Below, in pieces: positions 61,976-64,000 of a DNA stretch of 64,000 nt. The DNA comes from a virus. Its lineage: Duplodnaviria > Caudoviricetes. The notes under the pieces were generated by a model that was not told the origin of the DNA, made no database searches, and saw only the letters and a list, made by a program, of their open reading frames with translations. Position 1 is the first letter of the stretch, and the number at the start of each line of letters is the position of its first letter. The DNA lies in the IMG/VR virus record IMGVR_UViG_3300013121_000036, positions 1 through 64,000 of that record. One strand, 5' to 3'. The translations under genes were made by a program, and so were the position numbers.

Positions 61976-62011
61976 TCGTTTCTGGGACCCCAGCTCAGGA
62001 GTACGAGCACC

Positions 62012-63187
62012 ATGATGCAAGATCCGAACATCCAAGCCCTGATCAACAACGTCAACCGTCAGAACGCATTCCTGCGGCAGCTCAGCGACAAGACCGTGGC
62101 CAGCGAGGAGGCCGCGAAGCGAGCACTGAACCAGCTCGAAGGCATGAAGAGCGTCATGTCGCGACTGAGCATCGGTGGCGGCGGTGGCGTGAGCCGGTTC
62201 GGCTCGAACGCCCCCATGGGCAAGGGACCGAGCGGCAAGTGGGTGTCGCTCGACGAGATCCCCGGCCGCCGCATCCCCTACGACTTCCACGTCAGCATCC
62301 TCATCCGAAACGGTGAGGCGAGCGAGACGAGCGGAACGCTGTACGTCACCCCCGACGGCCCGTTCGTGGCGACGGCGCGGTACGCCATCTTCCAGTCGGC
62401 GCACCAGTTCCGCTACTCGTCGGAGAGCGGCGTGTCGACCTTCAGCGGTCGCTCGTATGGCCGTTTCCGCCCCATCCACTCTGCCAACGACATCATGGAC
62501 GCGCAGAGGGCCTTCGAGCAGCTCTCGATGTACCAGCCCTCGTACGTCGGAGCCACGCTCAATCCGGCCGGCAACGCAATCGTCCCCGTCCCCAACCCCG
62601 CTGCCGTTCATGTCGGCAACGGTGGCGGCGCCGGCACCGCGACGTCGGACCAGTCGAACCTGCTCCCCAACTTCCCCGGCAACGGCGCTCCGATCTACAC
62701 GTCGCCGCTGTCCATGGCAGCTTTCCGCACGATGCAGTTCGACGGCCGGTTCGTCGTCGCGGTGAAAGGGTCGCAGTTCCAACGTGCGGAGGACCCGAGC
62801 GGCGTCCCTTCGACGTTCTGGGCAACCAGGGGCAGCGATCCGTTCCCCCTGGCGTGCGAGGACATCTTCGACCCGGGCGAGACCATCGAGATCAAGGTTC
62901 GCCCGAACCATCCGAACAACCCCCAGTTCGGCAACATCTCTGGCCTGATGTATCAGGGCAACGACTTCACGTTCACTCCCGCCACGGCATCGTCTGCCAA
63001 CAACCCCGCCCCCGTCGGCCCGTTCCCCTTCCTGTCGGGCCAGTTTGACGGGCACGAGGGCATCAACGACCGATCTGTTCAGGGGGACTCGACCAGCACG
63101 ACGGATCGGGTGAGCCGCGCCGAAGACGGAATCCTGATCATCGGGTTCCTCGGCTACCGCATCCTGCCCCCGCCTGGCGTCTACTGA
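62012..63187 (+). CDS. second capsid/vertex protein candidate
   Basis: AGGAG SD; N-terminal coiled coil, beta-rich body, DGPFV..., ends IGFLGYRI. Confidence 0.65.
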   Translation: MMQDPNIQALINNVNRQNAFLRQLSDKTVASEEAAKRALNQLEGMKSVMSRLSIGGGGGVSRFGSNAPMGKGPSGKWVSLDEIPGRRIPYDFHVSILIRNGEASETSGTLYVTPDGPFVATARYAIFQSAHQFRYSSESGVSTFSGRSYGRFRPIHSANDIMDAQRAFEQLSMYQPSYVGATLNPAGNAIVPVPNPAAVHVGNGGGAGTATSDQSNLLPNFPGNGAPIYTSPLSMAAFRTMQFDGRFVVAVKGSQFQRAEDPSGVPSTFWATRGSDPFPLACEDIFDPGETIEIKVRPNHPNNPQFGNISGLMYQGNDFTFTPATASSANNPAPVGPFPFLSGQFDGHEGINDRSVQGDSTSTTDRVSRAEDGILIIGFLGYRILPPPGVY

Positions 63188-63231
63188 GCCAGAAGTTTAC
63201 CGCTCTTCGCGGTGGCAAGGTAGAGTAAGGC

Positions 63232-63966
63232 ATGACGCAGAGTGCAGCGTGGCCTCCGAACCGAACCCCACCTCAGGTGGCTGGCGCTGGCGGAAGCGTC
63301 GCCGGGAAGGTTGTCCTCCCCGGCGGCGCTCTGTATCAGATATCACAGCACCCTGCCGTGGAGACGTTCGAGCGCCAGTACAGGGTGCTCGCCGAGGACT
63401 CCATGTTCTCGCCAGAGCTGAGCCCGCAGAGGCCGTTCACGTTTGAAATAGGATCGTACAGAGTGCCCAACAGCATGGCGCTCGCTCTGTACGATTACGA
63501 GTTCACGGCTGGGGCTTTCAGCGGCGTTTCGGCTGGCAACACCGTGCCGCTCGAAGAGGGCTCGTTCTCGACGGTGTGGGGATTTGATATCACCATCAAC
63601 GAGTCTCGCAACGTGAACGCCACGTACGAGCTGGATCCTGTTCCCATCGTTGGGGGCAAGCGAGCCTACCAGGAGCCGACCGTCACGACGACGAGGTCTC
63701 CTGTCCAGCAGTTCGACATCGACGCTTCGAACTCTTTCGCGGCTGCTGGTGCTTCGGCAAGGGCAACTCTGCCGTTTCGAACGAACAGGTCTGGGCCTCG
63801 GCAAGGGCCGTGGACGCAGGTCGCCCCGCAGGGGTCTTCAGTCAGCGTCAAGTGCATCATCTTCCAGCCTCTCCCGCAGCCCATCCCGTATGTCCAGGCG
63901 TGCATCAGGGGCTACCTGATGCCGGTGACTGTTCTGGACATCTTCATGAAGAACATCCAGCCCTGA
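63232..63966 (+). CDS. third capsid-like beta-rich protein
   Basis: IGSYRVP..., ends IRGYL. Confidence 0.6.
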   Translation: MTQSAAWPPNRTPPQVAGAGGSVAGKVVLPGGALYQISQHPAVETFERQYRVLAEDSMFSPELSPQRPFTFEIGSYRVPNSMALALYDYEFTAGAFSGVSAGNTVPLEEGSFSTVWGFDITINESRNVNATYELDPVPIVGGKRAYQEPTVTTTRSPVQQFDIDASNSFAAAGASARATLPFRTNRSGPRQGPWTQVAPQGSSVSVKCIIFQPLPQPIPYVQACIRGYLMPVTVLDIFMKNIQP

Positions 63967-64000
63967 AGCGAACTCCCGTGGCCAAGACGCCTCACGACTC

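Noticed and set aside
58922-63055. Long antisense or alternate-frame ORFs (e.g. 58922..60553, 61733..63055, and outside this span 49743..51491 and 16307..16912)
   Set aside because: These are shadows of GC3-biased real genes, with no motifs or SD sequences.

Overview
64 kb of a GC-rich (about 60-65% by eye), gene-dense viral genome. There is no terminase, portal, tail or integrase gene in the window. It carries many small membrane-anchored proteins, a transglutaminase-like Cys enzyme, a very basic core-like protein and three beta-rich capsid candidates, so it looks like a tailless, membrane-containing dsDNA virus. The host is probably Myxococcota (inferred from a Gly-rich 'LSAC-GG' lipoprotein). 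Layout: 1-16.8 kb lysis, enzyme and fibre genes, mostly on the minus strand; 16.9-47.8 kb replication and accessory genes on the plus strand (SF2 helicase, VRR-NUC, primase, VapE, ParB-like, Nudix, HD, DUF5131, Sak4-like ATPase); 47.9-64 kb virion genes. Three systems stand out. (1) TTA (normally Leu) behaves like a stop codon. I count 19 in-frame TTA codons in credible genes, all at the apparent gene end, and none inside a gene, so several long ORFs in the supplied track are false fusions or extensions. (2) A cassette with its own promoter reads ORF-TAG-Pth2 (peptidyl-tRNA hydrolase reachable only by amber read-through), followed directly by a CUA-anticodon suppressor tRNA. (3) A TIGR-like array of about 19 dual-repeat/dual-spacer units lies directly upstream of a nuclease-less Nop/IS110-like protein (TasA-like). 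All calls come from reading motifs by eye; no database searches were run. CDS coordinates below end at TTA where the TTA-stop pattern applies.
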